The notes under the pieces: generated by a model
Database searches by the model: none
Told to the model about the DNA's origin: nothing
The model's input: only the letters and a program-made list of their open reading frames with translations
From: Planctomycetota bacterium
GTDB taxonomy: Bacteria; Planctomycetota; UBA11346
Reading direction: 5' to 3'
Assembly (NCBI GenBank): GCA_038213805.1
Contig: JBBQSO010000068.1
Coordinates: forward strand, 1-28,359
Length of the DNA stretch: 28,359 nucleotides
Part shown: in pieces, positions 17,852-26,168 of the stretch
Layout: each line of letters starts with the position of its first letter
Numbering within the stretch: the first letter of the stretch is position 1
Made by a program: the position numbers and the translations under genes

Positions 17852-20800
17852 CTACGGCCGCGCCCAGTCGGCGTCGATCGCGATGCGCAAGCCGACGTAG
17901 GCGGAGCGCACGTCGCTGGCCAGGGCGCGCCGGCAGCCGGCGCGCAGCAGCTCCGGCAGGTCGCCCCACGAGCCGCCGCGGATGACCTGGGTTTCGGCGC
18001 GCGGGGCGCGGGGATCGCTGACTGGGACAACGTTGTAGGGGCCGTAGCCGTCGGCGCACCATTCCCACACGTTGCCCTGCATGTCATAGAGCCCGAGCGG
18101 ATTCGCCGTGCGCGTGCGCACCGGCTGCGTATCGCCGCCGGCGCCCTGCGCAGAAACCGCGCTGCGGTCGAGGTCGACCTGCGCGCCGTCGGCCAGCGGG
18201 AACGGCCCGGGGACGCCGGCGCGGCAGGCGTATTCCCATTCCGCTTCGCTGGGCAGGCGGCAGGGCAGACCCCCCGGGACGCGCTTGGCGAGCGCGGAGA
18301 GGAAGTGCTGGCTGTCGTTCCACGACACGCGCTCGACGGGGTGGCCGTCGCCGGCGTGGTAGGCGGGGGTGGTGCCGGTGATGGTGCGCCACACCAGCTG
18401 GGTGCACTCGCTGTCCGCCAGCCACAGGCCGCGGGTCAGGCGCACCGCGACCTGGCGCTCGTCGGTCCCGCGCCCGGGCTCGTCGGCGGGACTGCCCATG
18501 GTGAAGGCGCCCGGCGGGATCCAGCGAAAGCGCTGGCGCAGCGCGCCGATGCTCAGCTCCGCCCAAGTGCCGTGCGCGTCGTGGCCGGATACGCTTGCCC
18601 AGGGCGGGTGCGCCGGCCCGAGCAGCATCGCCAGCCGGGTGCGCGCCTTGACCAGGCCGGGCTCTTCGGCGCCGATCTCGGCGGCGAGGCCGTCGCAGGC
18701 CTCCTGCGCGCCGGCGGATGGGACATAGGCCTCGTCGAGTCCGTGCAGCTGCGCGCCGAACGCGGCGCAGCGTGCGAGCTTGCCTGACCAGCGCACGGCG
18801 TCGGCGTCATCGTCGCCGACCAGGGAACGGAGCCGGCCAACCTGGTCGGCGGCGCCGACGGGGATGGGCCGCGCCGCGTCCAGCGCGGTGAGCTGGCCCT
18901 TGAGGTCGCCGACCGCGGCGAGCTTGTCGCCCCAGCGCCGCACATCGGCGGCGGTCGGACCGACCAGCGCAGCGAGGCGCGCGAGGTCCTCGGCGGCGTG
19001 CGGCGGCAACGCCCGCGGTTGGTCGAAGGAAGCGAGATGCCGGCGCAGCGCGCTGAGCTCATCGAACTTGGTCCGCCACGGCTTGACGTGGGTGTCACCG
19101 GCCTCTGCGAGCCGCTCGTACTGGTCGAGCAGCGGGCGCAGCTGGTCGTCGACGTCGGCGGCACGGTCGAGCACCGCGAGGCGCTCGCCGAGCAGCACCA
19201 GGCGCGCCGCGTCGCGCGCCAGGCGCTCATTGATGCGTTGCGCCTCGGCCGGATCGAGCGCCTGGACCGCGGCCAGCCCGGCCACGGTGGTGCGCAACAG
19301 GGTCTGCTCTTCGGCGCTGAGCTGCTCCTTGCCGGCCAGCGAGGCCAGCACCTGGCGGCGCGTGGCGACGCGCGCGCGCGCCTCGTCCAGGTGCTGCTGC
19401 CAAGCGCGCCCTGCGGCCTCGTCGCCCACGATGGCGCGCCATTCGCCGAGCGCGGCCTGCAGGGCGTCAAGGCTGGCGAGCGGCAGGTCGTCGTGGCCTA
19501 GCGCACCGAGCTGCACGCTCAGCGCCTCGCGCCGCGCCTCGGCGCCGGCCACGCGCGCACTCCAGCGCACGCGGTCGCGGTCGTCGCCCGCTGACAGCGT
19601 CTGGAACTCCTGCCACTCGTGCGCCAACCCGGCGAAGGCGGCGAGCGAGGCGGTGGGCCCCGCATCGAGCTGCGCGAGGACCTTGCGTAGCGCGGCGACG
19701 TGCGCGGCGGTGGCGCGCGCGCGCGCCGACCAGCGCAGCACCTCGTCATCGGCGTCGCCGACCAGTGCGGCAAGGCGCGGCAGGTCGGCCTCGGCGGTGG
19801 CCTGCAGCGCCGGCGGCACGGCGCCGGCGGCATCAAGCGGCGCGAGCCGGGCGCGCAGCGCAGCGATGCGCGTGTCGGACGCCGCGAGCTTGGCCGCCCA
19901 GCCGGCGACCTGCGGGTCGTCGGCCCCGCCCAGGCGCTGGGCCACCGCGAGCAGCGGCAGCAGACGGTCGTGCAGGGCGCGCGTCGGGACCTCGGTGGCG
20001 TCGAGCTCGGCGAGCTGGGCGCGCGCCTCGCGCAGGTCGCGCTCGGCGTCGCCGAGGCGCTTGGCCCATTCCACGGCGAGCGGATCGGTGGTACCGCATT
20101 CCGCGACGAAGGCCTTGAGCGCCGGGGACAGCGCGGCGATGGCGGCGTGGTCGAGCGCGTCGCTGCGCCCGGCGAGCTGGGCGCGCAGGGCGGCGACGCG
20201 TTCGAGCTTGGCCGCCCAGCGCGCCACCTGCGGGTCGCGCGCCCCGCTCAGCGCGCGCAGCTGCGCAAGCGTCGCGTCGACGTCGCTGGGCAGCGCCTGC
20301 GGCTGGTCAAGACCGACCAGCCGCATCCGCAGGCCCTCGGCCTCGCCGCGCTTGGCGAGCAGCCACCACACGCCCAGCGAACTCAGCAGCACCAGCCCGG
20401 CGAGCCCGGCGGCAAGCGGCTTCCAGTGCCGACGCAGGCCGCCGCCGTGACGCGCCAGCGCGGCATCGGCGCCGGTGCAGACGCGGCCCTTCGCAAACAC
20501 CGCACCCTGAGGCTCGCGGCCGAGCTCGACCGCCTCGAGGTCAGCGAGCAGCGCCGTGGCGTCGGCGTAGCGCTCATCAGCGGCCTTGCGCAAGCAGGTG
20601 AAGACCACCGCCTGCAGCCGTGGATCGGCGTCGGCGATCTGGTCGGTGATGAGCTTGGGTTCGACGAAATGATGCTGGTAGATCAGCGCGTCAGCGGTCT
20701 CGCCGCTGAACGGCTGCGCCAGGGTGAGCAGCTCATAGATCACCGCGCCGAGTGAATAGATGTCGGAACGCTGGTCGACCGCGTCACCGCGGCCCTGCTC

Positions 20801-21535
20801 AGGACTCATGTAGGACGGCGTGCCCATGGCCGTGCCGGTCATGGTCATGGCCTCCTCGCCGAGCACCTTGACGATGCCGAAGTCGGCGATCTTCACCACC
20901 CCCTCGCGGGTGAGCATGAGATTGCCGGGCTTGATGTCGCGATGCACCAGCTGGTGGCGGCCAGCCTCGACCAGGCCGCGAACCGCCTGGATGGCGAGCC
21001 CGACGGCCTCGGCGCTGGTCCACGGCCCTTGGCCCGCCTCGCGGCGCAGCTTGACCAGGTCGCCGAGGCTGCGGCCGTCGACGAACTCCATCTCGAGGTA
21101 GCACAACTGCCCATAGCGGCCGCCGCCGAACACCTTGACCACATGCAGCGAATCGAGCGCCTGCGAGATGCGCGCCTCGCGTTCGAAGCGTACGCGGAAG
21201 GCGGCGTCGTCGGCGAAGCGCGCGGGCAGGATCTTGAGCGCGACCAGGCGTCCGTCGCCGCGGTGGCGCGCGAGGTAGACCGCGGCCATGCCGCCTTCAC
21301 CGAGCAGGTCGCCGATCTCGTAGTCCTTCCACTGCGCGCCCGACACCGGGCCCTTGCGCCCATCGGTGCTCAGGACCGCGCGCTGCGCATCCAGGGCTGG
21401 ATTGCTGCCCTGACCTGGGCCATCGCTGGCGAGGTCGGCCTCGGTGAACAGGAACGGGCGCGTGCCGCTGCTGCCACCGCTCTGGTGGGCGGGGCGTTCG
21501 CCTGGCGGTGCGGGTTGTCCGGAAAGGATGGGCAT
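17852..21535 (-). CDS. Transmembrane Ser/Thr kinase with extracytoplasmic helical repeats and C-terminal SUMF1/FGE domain
   Basis: Kinase: LGEGGMAAVY, VALK, HRDIKPGN, DFG, GTPSYMSPE. TM: LAAGLAGLVLLSSLGVWWLL. About 11 helical repeats follow. FGE motifs: FTMGSP, RLPSEAEWEYACRAG, GLYDMQGNVWEWC, RGGSW. ATG 21535 preferred because it lies after the upstream stop. Confidence 0.9.
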   Translation of the reverse strand: MPILSGQPAPPGERPAHQSGGSSGTRPFLFTEADLASDGPGQGSNPALDAQRAVLSTDGRKGPVSGAQWKDYEIGDLLGEGGMAAVYLARHRGDGRLVALKILPARFADDAAFRVRFEREARISQALDSLHVVKVFGGGRYGQLCYLEMEFVDGRSLGDLVKLRREAGQGPWTSAEAVGLAIQAVRGLVEAGRHQLVHRDIKPGNLMLTREGVVKIADFGIVKVLGEEAMTMTGTAMGTPSYMSPEQGRGDAVDQRSDIYSLGAVIYELLTLAQPFSGETADALIYQHHFVEPKLITDQIADADPRLQAVVFTCLRKAADERYADATALLADLEAVELGREPQGAVFAKGRVCTGADAALARHGGGLRRHWKPLAAGLAGLVLLSSLGVWWLLAKRGEAEGLRMRLVGLDQPQALPSDVDATLAQLRALSGARDPQVARWAAKLERVAALRAQLAGRSDALDHAAIAALSPALKAFVAECGTTDPLAVEWAKRLGDAERDLREARAQLAELDATEVPTRALHDRLLPLLAVAQRLGGADDPQVAGWAAKLAASDTRIAALRARLAPLDAAGAVPPALQATAEADLPRLAALVGDADDEVLRWSARARATAAHVAALRKVLAQLDAGPTASLAAFAGLAHEWQEFQTLSAGDDRDRVRWSARVAGAEARREALSVQLGALGHDDLPLASLDALQAALGEWRAIVGDEAAGRAWQQHLDEARARVATRRQVLASLAGKEQLSAEEQTLLRTTVAGLAAVQALDPAEAQRINERLARDAARLVLLGERLAVLDRAADVDDQLRPLLDQYERLAEAGDTHVKPWRTKFDELSALRRHLASFDQPRALPPHAAEDLARLAALVGPTAADVRRWGDKLAAVGDLKGQLTALDAARPIPVGAADQVGRLRSLVGDDDADAVRWSGKLARCAAFGAQLHGLDEAYVPSAGAQEACDGLAAEIGAEEPGLVKARTRLAMLLGPAHPPWASVSGHDAHGTWAELSIGALRQRFRWIPPGAFTMGSPADEPGRGTDERQVAVRLTRGLWLADSECTQLVWRTITGTTPAYHAGDGHPVERVSWNDSQHFLSALAKRVPGGLPCRLPSEAEWEYACRAGVPGPFPLADGAQVDLDRSAVSAQGAGGDTQPVRTRTANPLGLYDMQGNVWEWCADGYGPYNVVPVSDPRAPRAETQVIRGGSWGDLPELLRAGCRRALASDVRSAYVGLRIAIDADWARP

Positions 21536-21542
21536 GGCGGTC

Positions 21543-22214
21543 TCAGCGGATCGGCGGCGGGGTGCCACCGAAACGGTAGGCCACGCCGATGAAGCCGGTC
21601 GGTCCGGATTGGTCGAGGGAGACGTCCAGCCCCTCCCCGGAGAGCGTGGCGGCGCTGACCAGCCAGCCGGCGCGCGCCTGGATCAGCCAATGTCGGCTGA
21701 GCGCATAGGACACGCCAACGTCAGCGCCGTAGTCGATGACGTGGCCGCTGGTGTTTATGGGCTGGAAGAACTCGTTGCCGGGGATGCGGAAGCGGCCCAG
21801 TCCCGCGCCGACGAACGGGCAGATCTCGGCCGTCCACTGATCGTCGAAAGCGTAGGCGTAGCCAGCGAGCGCGCGCAGCATCGCCACGTCGTAGCGGCCG
21901 CTCCCGCCATAGGTGTAGGTCTGCAGGTCGAGCGCACCACCGACGAAGAATGCGCCGCTGCTGCCCGGTGCGCCGAAGGCGTAGACTCCACGCCCGGCCA
22001 GGCCGAAACCGTATTCGAACGTGCTGGTGCCGGAGACGTCACTGCCGCTGTCGTGGACGTGGTAGGTGAACGAGGTCGGCAGCGATTCGATCCCGAAGCG
22101 CAGGTCCGACAGCACCACTTCGGCCGCGGGCAGTGCCGCAGTGCCAACGAGCAACGTGCATGCGAGCCAGGAGCGGCGCCGGTCGCGGTGCGGTGATGGG
22201 TGGAGACTGGTCAT
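21543..22214 (-). CDS. Small outer-membrane beta-barrel protein (OmpA/OmpW-like size)
   Basis: RBS AGGGAG before ATG 22214 and a signal peptide. Amphipathic strands LAGYAYAF, PFVGAGLG, VGVSYAL; terminal GFIGVAYRF. Confidence 0.75.
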   Translation of the reverse strand: MTSLHPSPHRDRRRSWLACTLLVGTAALPAAEVVLSDLRFGIESLPTSFTYHVHDSGSDVSGTSTFEYGFGLAGRGVYAFGAPGSSGAFFVGGALDLQTYTYGGSGRYDVAMLRALAGYAYAFDDQWTAEICPFVGAGLGRFRIPGNEFFQPINTSGHVIDYGADVGVSYALSRHWLIQARAGWLVSAATLSGEGLDVSLDQSGPTGFIGVAYRFGGTPPPIR

Positions 22215-22452
22215 GGCTCCCTGCGTCACCCCCTGTCGTCGTCAAGCGACGCCCCCGGGATGCTTGCGAAGATACCATGCAATCTGCAATGGACGCAAAT
22301 GCCGGTTTGGACGTGCAACCATCGCAGCATGTGCAACCGTCGCTACAATCTGGACATGCAGGGTAAGCCGCGGGCGCAAACCTGGATTGAGAGCGGCGTC
22401 ATCAGGGGCTCGCAGCCCAATCGTACGCGGGCACTCGCTGCGCTGGAGACGC

Positions 22453-23052
22453 TCAGCCGAACATGCCACCCATCATCGCCACGCTGGCGCAGGTAATCAG
22501 CCCACCCGCGATGCGCAGACTGGCTCCCGACCAGGAGCGTGCGACCAGGATGCCCAGCCCCAGGCCAATCGCGTGCAATACCATGGTAGTGGCGAGGAAA
22601 CCGGCAGCGTAGGCGCCGGTATCTCCCGCCCCCATCTCGGCGACGTGGGCGTGGCCGTGACAGAGCGCGAAGGCCGCCACCACTGCGCAGGCGACGGCGG
22701 TGCGGGCTGGCCGCGCCAGGGCGAGGATGGTGCCGAACACCAGCACCGAGAGCGCTATACCCCATTCGGCACCAGGCAGGGGCACACCAGCGAGGGCGAT
22801 CAGCCCGCCCGCCAGCATGGCCGTGAGGAAGGCCCCGGGGATGAGCCACAGGGCACGCCGGTCGCCACCGGGGGCGAGCGCGGTACGCACGCCGAGCAGT
22901 CCGACCGCAACCATCGCCAGCACATGGTCGAGACCCTGCACGGGATGCGCGACTCCCGCGGCGAAATCGGCGGGTCCATGGCCCGGATGGGCGACAAGCG
23001 CCGCTGGCACGGCGAAGGTGAGCAGGGCGATGGTGGCGAGCCGAGTGTTCAT
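22453..23052 (-). CDS. HupE/UreJ family nickel/cobalt permease
   Basis: AHPGH, HPVQGLDHVLAMVAVG, CHGHAHVAE, GFLATTMVLHAIG, multiple TM helices. True start ATG 23052. Confidence 0.92.
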   Translation of the reverse strand: MNTRLATIALLTFAVPAALVAHPGHGPADFAAGVAHPVQGLDHVLAMVAVGLLGVRTALAPGGDRRALWLIPGAFLTAMLAGGLIALAGVPLPGAEWGIALSVLVFGTILALARPARTAVACAVVAAFALCHGHAHVAEMGAGDTGAYAAGFLATTMVLHAIGLGLGILVARSWSGASLRIAGGLITCASVAMMGGMFG

Positions 23053-23122
23053 GGGTGACCTCGCTGACAGCCTGCCGGAGCAGGACGCGGCGGCAAGGTC
23101 GCAGGACGCGGCACTATCGGAC

Positions 23123-23185
23123 GGCTGATGGCTGATGGCTGATGGCTGATGGCTGATAGCTGACGGCTGACGGCTGACAGCCGAT
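23123..23185. repeat. Heptanucleotide tandem array (GGCTGAT)5 plus degenerate units
   Basis: Five perfect GGCTGAT units, then AGCTGAC, GGCTGAC x2 and AGCCGAT. Confidence 0.95.
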
Positions 23186-23407
23186 AAAACAAGGAGACGC
23201 GGAGACGCAGAGAACGGAGGAGGACGAACCGAACTTGGGTGGGTTGGGTGAGCGCAGGAAGCGTCGGTGAGGCGAGAAAAACCGTGCCGGACCCATGGAG
23301 ACATCATTAGTCCTGATGTGATTTCAGCGTCTTCGGGTGGTCTGAGTTGGGTGCGAGGCAGGCTATCCGGCCGGTGAGTGGTCAGGATCGAACGCTGCCA
23401 GCACAGG

Positions 23408-23439
23408 GAACGGGTCCAGGCATCAGCCAGGACCCGTTC
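23408..23439 (-). terminator. Strong hairpin downstream of dps (possible terminator)
   Basis: GAACGGGTCC-a-GGC-atca-GCC-a-GGACCCGTTC; no clear U-tract. Confidence 0.4.
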
Positions 23440-23503
23440 AGGATGCAATGCACGGTTCGGCGGGGCCTGCGGATTGCAGGGCTTACGGCCCGGCCGGATG
23501 TGA

Positions 23504-23974
23504 TTATTTGCCCAGGGTGGCCAGCAGCATCCAGGCGGTCTTCTCGTGCTCTTCGATGTGGGTGATGAGCAGATCCGCAGTCGCTTCGTCTTCGGCCTTC
23601 TTGGCGAATTCGAGAGTCTGGCCGAGCTGAGCGGCCACCGCCACGCGATCGTCGTAGATGACCTTCACCAGTTCCAGCGCCTGACGGCTGCTGGGGGCGG
23701 GCGGCAGGGTGCTGAGCTTCGCCAGTTCGGCGATGCCACCGGGGGTGACGGAACCCAGCACGCGCAGGCGCTCGGCGAGCTGGTCGGCCGCTTCGAACAG
23801 GTCCGTGTACTGCTTCTCGAAGGCGGCATGGATGCCGAAGAATTCCGATCCGACCACATTCCAGTGCGCGCCGTGGGTTTTCACGGTCAGGGCATAGGTA
23901 TTGGCCAGGGCGATGGTGAGTCCCTGGATGAGGTCGCTCGGGGCGCTGGGCTTGGACTTGGGCTGGCTGGACAT
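23504..23974 (-). CDS. dps: Dps family DNA protection/ferritin-like protein
   Basis: KTHGAHWNVVG.EF..IH..FE.QY, D.LAER, EHEKTAWML. ATG 23974 with AAGGA RBS; 156 aa. Confidence 0.93.
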   Translation of the reverse strand: MSSQPKSKPSAPSDLIQGLTIALANTYALTVKTHGAHWNVVGSEFFGIHAAFEKQYTDLFEAADQLAERLRVLGSVTPGGIAELAKLSTLPPAPSSRQALELVKVIYDDRVAVAAQLGQTLEFAKKAEDEATADLLITHIEEHEKTAWMLLATLGK

Positions 23975-24235
23975 CGGATGATCCTTGGTGGTGGTGAGGC
24001 GGAAAGAAGGCGTCGGAACATGACCGGGGTCCGTGCTGCTGCGCGAGTTCCCCCCTGCAGGCGGCGGTGTGGCCTCTCGTGGCCACACCGGGGGGCGCGA
24101 CCGCGAGTTCCTGTACCTCCTGACCTAAGCTCTGGTCATGCCGAACGCCCCACTTCCGGACGCCACGATCTGCATGTTCATGCGTCATGGCGTCCCTTTC
24201 CCCGGCCGCCATGCTCCCGGCCGCAGCGAGACCCC

Positions 24236-24577
24236 ATGCCCACCATCCCCGTCTCCGGCCTGACGTTCCCGCACGCGGTGTTGGCCCACACCGGCCCGCT
24301 CGCGGTGTGTTTCCACGGCACCTGGTGCGGACCCTCGCGCCGCCTCATGCCGATCCTCGAGAAGCTCGCCGGGGACCGCACCCTGGGCCTGCCCATCGCC
24401 ACCGTCGACGTCGACCGCCAGCCAGAGCTGGCGGCCCGCTATGGTGTGGTGAGCCTGCCCCTGCTCATGGTCTTCACCGCTGGTGCGCCGGTCGCGAGCT
24501 TGGCCGGCTTCCAGCCCGCACCGCAGGTGCGCACCTTCCTCGCCGCGCACACGCCGCTGGCGACCGCGAACGCCTGA
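24236..24577 (+). CDS. Thioredoxin-like protein with WCGPS active site
   Basis: 113 aa; WCGPS, VDVD.QPELAARYGV.SLP, G.QP typical of the TrxA fold. Confidence 0.85.
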   Translation: MPTIPVSGLTFPHAVLAHTGPLAVCFHGTWCGPSRRLMPILEKLAGDRTLGLPIATVDVDRQPELAARYGVVSLPLLMVFTAGAPVASLAGFQPAPQVRTFLAAHTPLATANA

Positions 24578-24672
24578 CCAGCGCGCGGGCGTTTGGTCCT
24601 TGCCGCATCCGTCGTGACGGCGTATGGGCATGACCCGTCGCCCGCATCCGCGGCGGCTTCCGAGGATCCCGC

Positions 24673-26031
24673 ATGCCCCGTCCGTCCGCCACCGTGCTGG
24701 CTCTCGCCCTCGCCTCCGCCTGCTCCGCCGTGGGCCTGGCCGCTGAGCCGGCCCAGCTTCCCGCCACCGCCCCAGCGGTCACGGCTGCGACCACGCCCGC
24801 GCCGCTCTCGCTGAGCGATGCCATCGCCCTGTCGGTGACGGTCATCGGCGTGCAGCTCGCCGACCTTGACCGCGATGCCGCAGACGCGCAGACGCGCGTC
24901 GCGCGCGCCGACCTGTTGCCGACCATCGACGCCACCGGCACGTATAACCGCGCCAGGAGCGCGGTCACCCGCGGCACACGCGACAGCGCGCCGGTGTTGT
25001 TCGGACCCGCCAACACCTGGGACGGGCGACTGCACCTCGGCCAGCAGCTGATCGACAGCGCCGCGTGGCTGCGCCGCAGCGCCGCCGTGGCCGCGGCCGA
25101 GGTCGCTGGCGAGGACAAGCTGGTCGCCCTTGAGCGCGCCGCCAACGCCGCCGCCAACGCTTACGTCAACCTCGCCACCGCCACCGCCCTGGTCGAGGTA
25201 CGCCGCCAGGACCTGGCCATCGCCGAGGATCTCAAGCGCCTCGCCGACGCCCAGGTCCAGGCCGGCGTCGCCGAGTCGATCAGCGGCACCCGCGCCGCGA
25301 CCCAGGTCACGGTGGTGCGCGGCACCCTGCTCAACGCCCAGCAGTTCGCCGACCAGTTCGCCCTGACCCTGGACCGCGCCATCGGCCAACCAGCTGGCAC
25401 CGCCTACCGGCTGAGCGGCGGCGTCGACGAGGCCCTGGCCGCGAGCGACGCGCCGCGCGCGCCCGCCGCCGCCCTCGACGCGCTGCACCGCTGGCGCCCC
25501 GAACTGCGTTCGGGCGCCGCGCGCCTGGCTGCCGCACGCCTCGACCGACGCGCTGTCGGCGCTGAGCGCATCCCCACTGCCGATCTGTTCGCCGACATCG
25601 GCCGCACCGGCGCCTACCTCGACCACACCGCCACCACCTGGGAGGCGGGCGTGCAGGTGACCGTACCGATCATCGACGGCTTCCGCCGCGAGGCACGCAT
25701 CGACGCCGCAGACATCGCCATCCGCCGCGCAGCAGCGCAGCAGCGCGACCTCGATGACCAGCTCGCCTCCGAGGTGCGCGACGCGCTCATCGGCCTCGAC
25801 GCCCAGGACGAGCAGCTGGTGGTGGCCCGCGAGCGCCTGCGCCTCGCCGAGCTCGAACTGAACCAGGCGCGCGAGCGCTTCAAATCCGGCATCGGCACCA
25901 ACCTCGACGTCATCACCGCGCAGCAGGGCCTGTCGGACGCACGCGCCGGTGAACTTAATGTGCGCGCCACTGCCGCGAATGCGCGCGTGCGCTTGGCGCG
26001 TGCGGTTGGGGTGGCGACGACGTTGCGGTGA
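24673..26031 (+). CDS. TolC family outer-membrane efflux protein
   Basis: Signal peptide; LSLSDAIAL, ARADLLPTI, AY.NL, RPEL, VTVPIIDG, RFKSGIGTNLDVITAQ. Confidence 0.9.
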   Translation: MPRPSATVLALALASACSAVGLAAEPAQLPATAPAVTAATTPAPLSLSDAIALSVTVIGVQLADLDRDAADAQTRVARADLLPTIDATGTYNRARSAVTRGTRDSAPVLFGPANTWDGRLHLGQQLIDSAAWLRRSAAVAAAEVAGEDKLVALERAANAAANAYVNLATATALVEVRRQDLAIAEDLKRLADAQVQAGVAESISGTRAATQVTVVRGTLLNAQQFADQFALTLDRAIGQPAGTAYRLSGGVDEALAASDAPRAPAAALDALHRWRPELRSGAARLAAARLDRRAVGAERIPTADLFADIGRTGAYLDHTATTWEAGVQVTVPIIDGFRREARIDAADIAIRRAAAQQRDLDDQLASEVRDALIGLDAQDEQLVVARERLRLAELELNQARERFKSGIGTNLDVITAQQGLSDARAGELNVRATAANARVRLARAVGVATTLR

Positions 26032-26033
26032 AG

Positions 26034-26068
26034 GGGTGATGGCTGATGGCTGATGGCTGATGGCTGAT
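26034..26068. repeat. Heptanucleotide array (GGCTGAT)4
   Basis: Four perfect units just after the TolC stop. An inverted ATCAGCC-type array lies at 26154-26181. Confidence 0.95.
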
Positions 26069-26103
26069 GCGGAACGGCGCTGCGCGCCGGTTCCGCCTCT
26101 TTT
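26069..26103 (+). terminator. Probable intrinsic terminator of trx-tolC
   Basis: GCGGAAC-GGCGC-tgc-GCGCC-g-GTTCCGC followed by CTCTTTT. Confidence 0.55.
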
Positions 26104-26168
26104 GGACATGGAACATCCGCACCCCTACGGCGCAAACCTCCGGAGTAGGGGCAGTCAGCTGTCAGCCA

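Noticed and set aside
5901..18100. Diversity-generating retroelement targeting the FGE (C-type lectin fold) C-termini
   Set aside because: No reverse transcriptase or non-coding template repeat in the window. Differences between the paralogue 3' ends are largely synonymous rather than adenine-specific. A remote DGR cannot be excluded.
23123..23185. CRISPR array
   Set aside because: 7-bp tandem units without spacers, and no cas genes.
23053..23448. N-terminal extension of HupE with QPSAISH repeats, and similar extensions on the ORFs ending at 6917, 12561, 13007, 18087 and 24088
   Set aside because: These are translated intergenic or overlapping sequence. Downstream ATGs with signal peptides, RBS or coupled stops are better starts.
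23053..23503. Cobalamin, NiCo or fluoride riboswitch upstream of hupE/ureJ
   Set aside because: The conserved cores (B12 box, NiCo junction, crcB pseudoknot) could not be matched by eye.
621..26109. Long antisense or alternate-frame ORFs (e.g. 621-2423+, 3152-5245-, 6761-9568+, 18780-20450+, 24439-26109-)
   Set aside because: Shadow ORFs expected from high-GC codon bias opposite well-supported genes; they contain no recognisable motifs.
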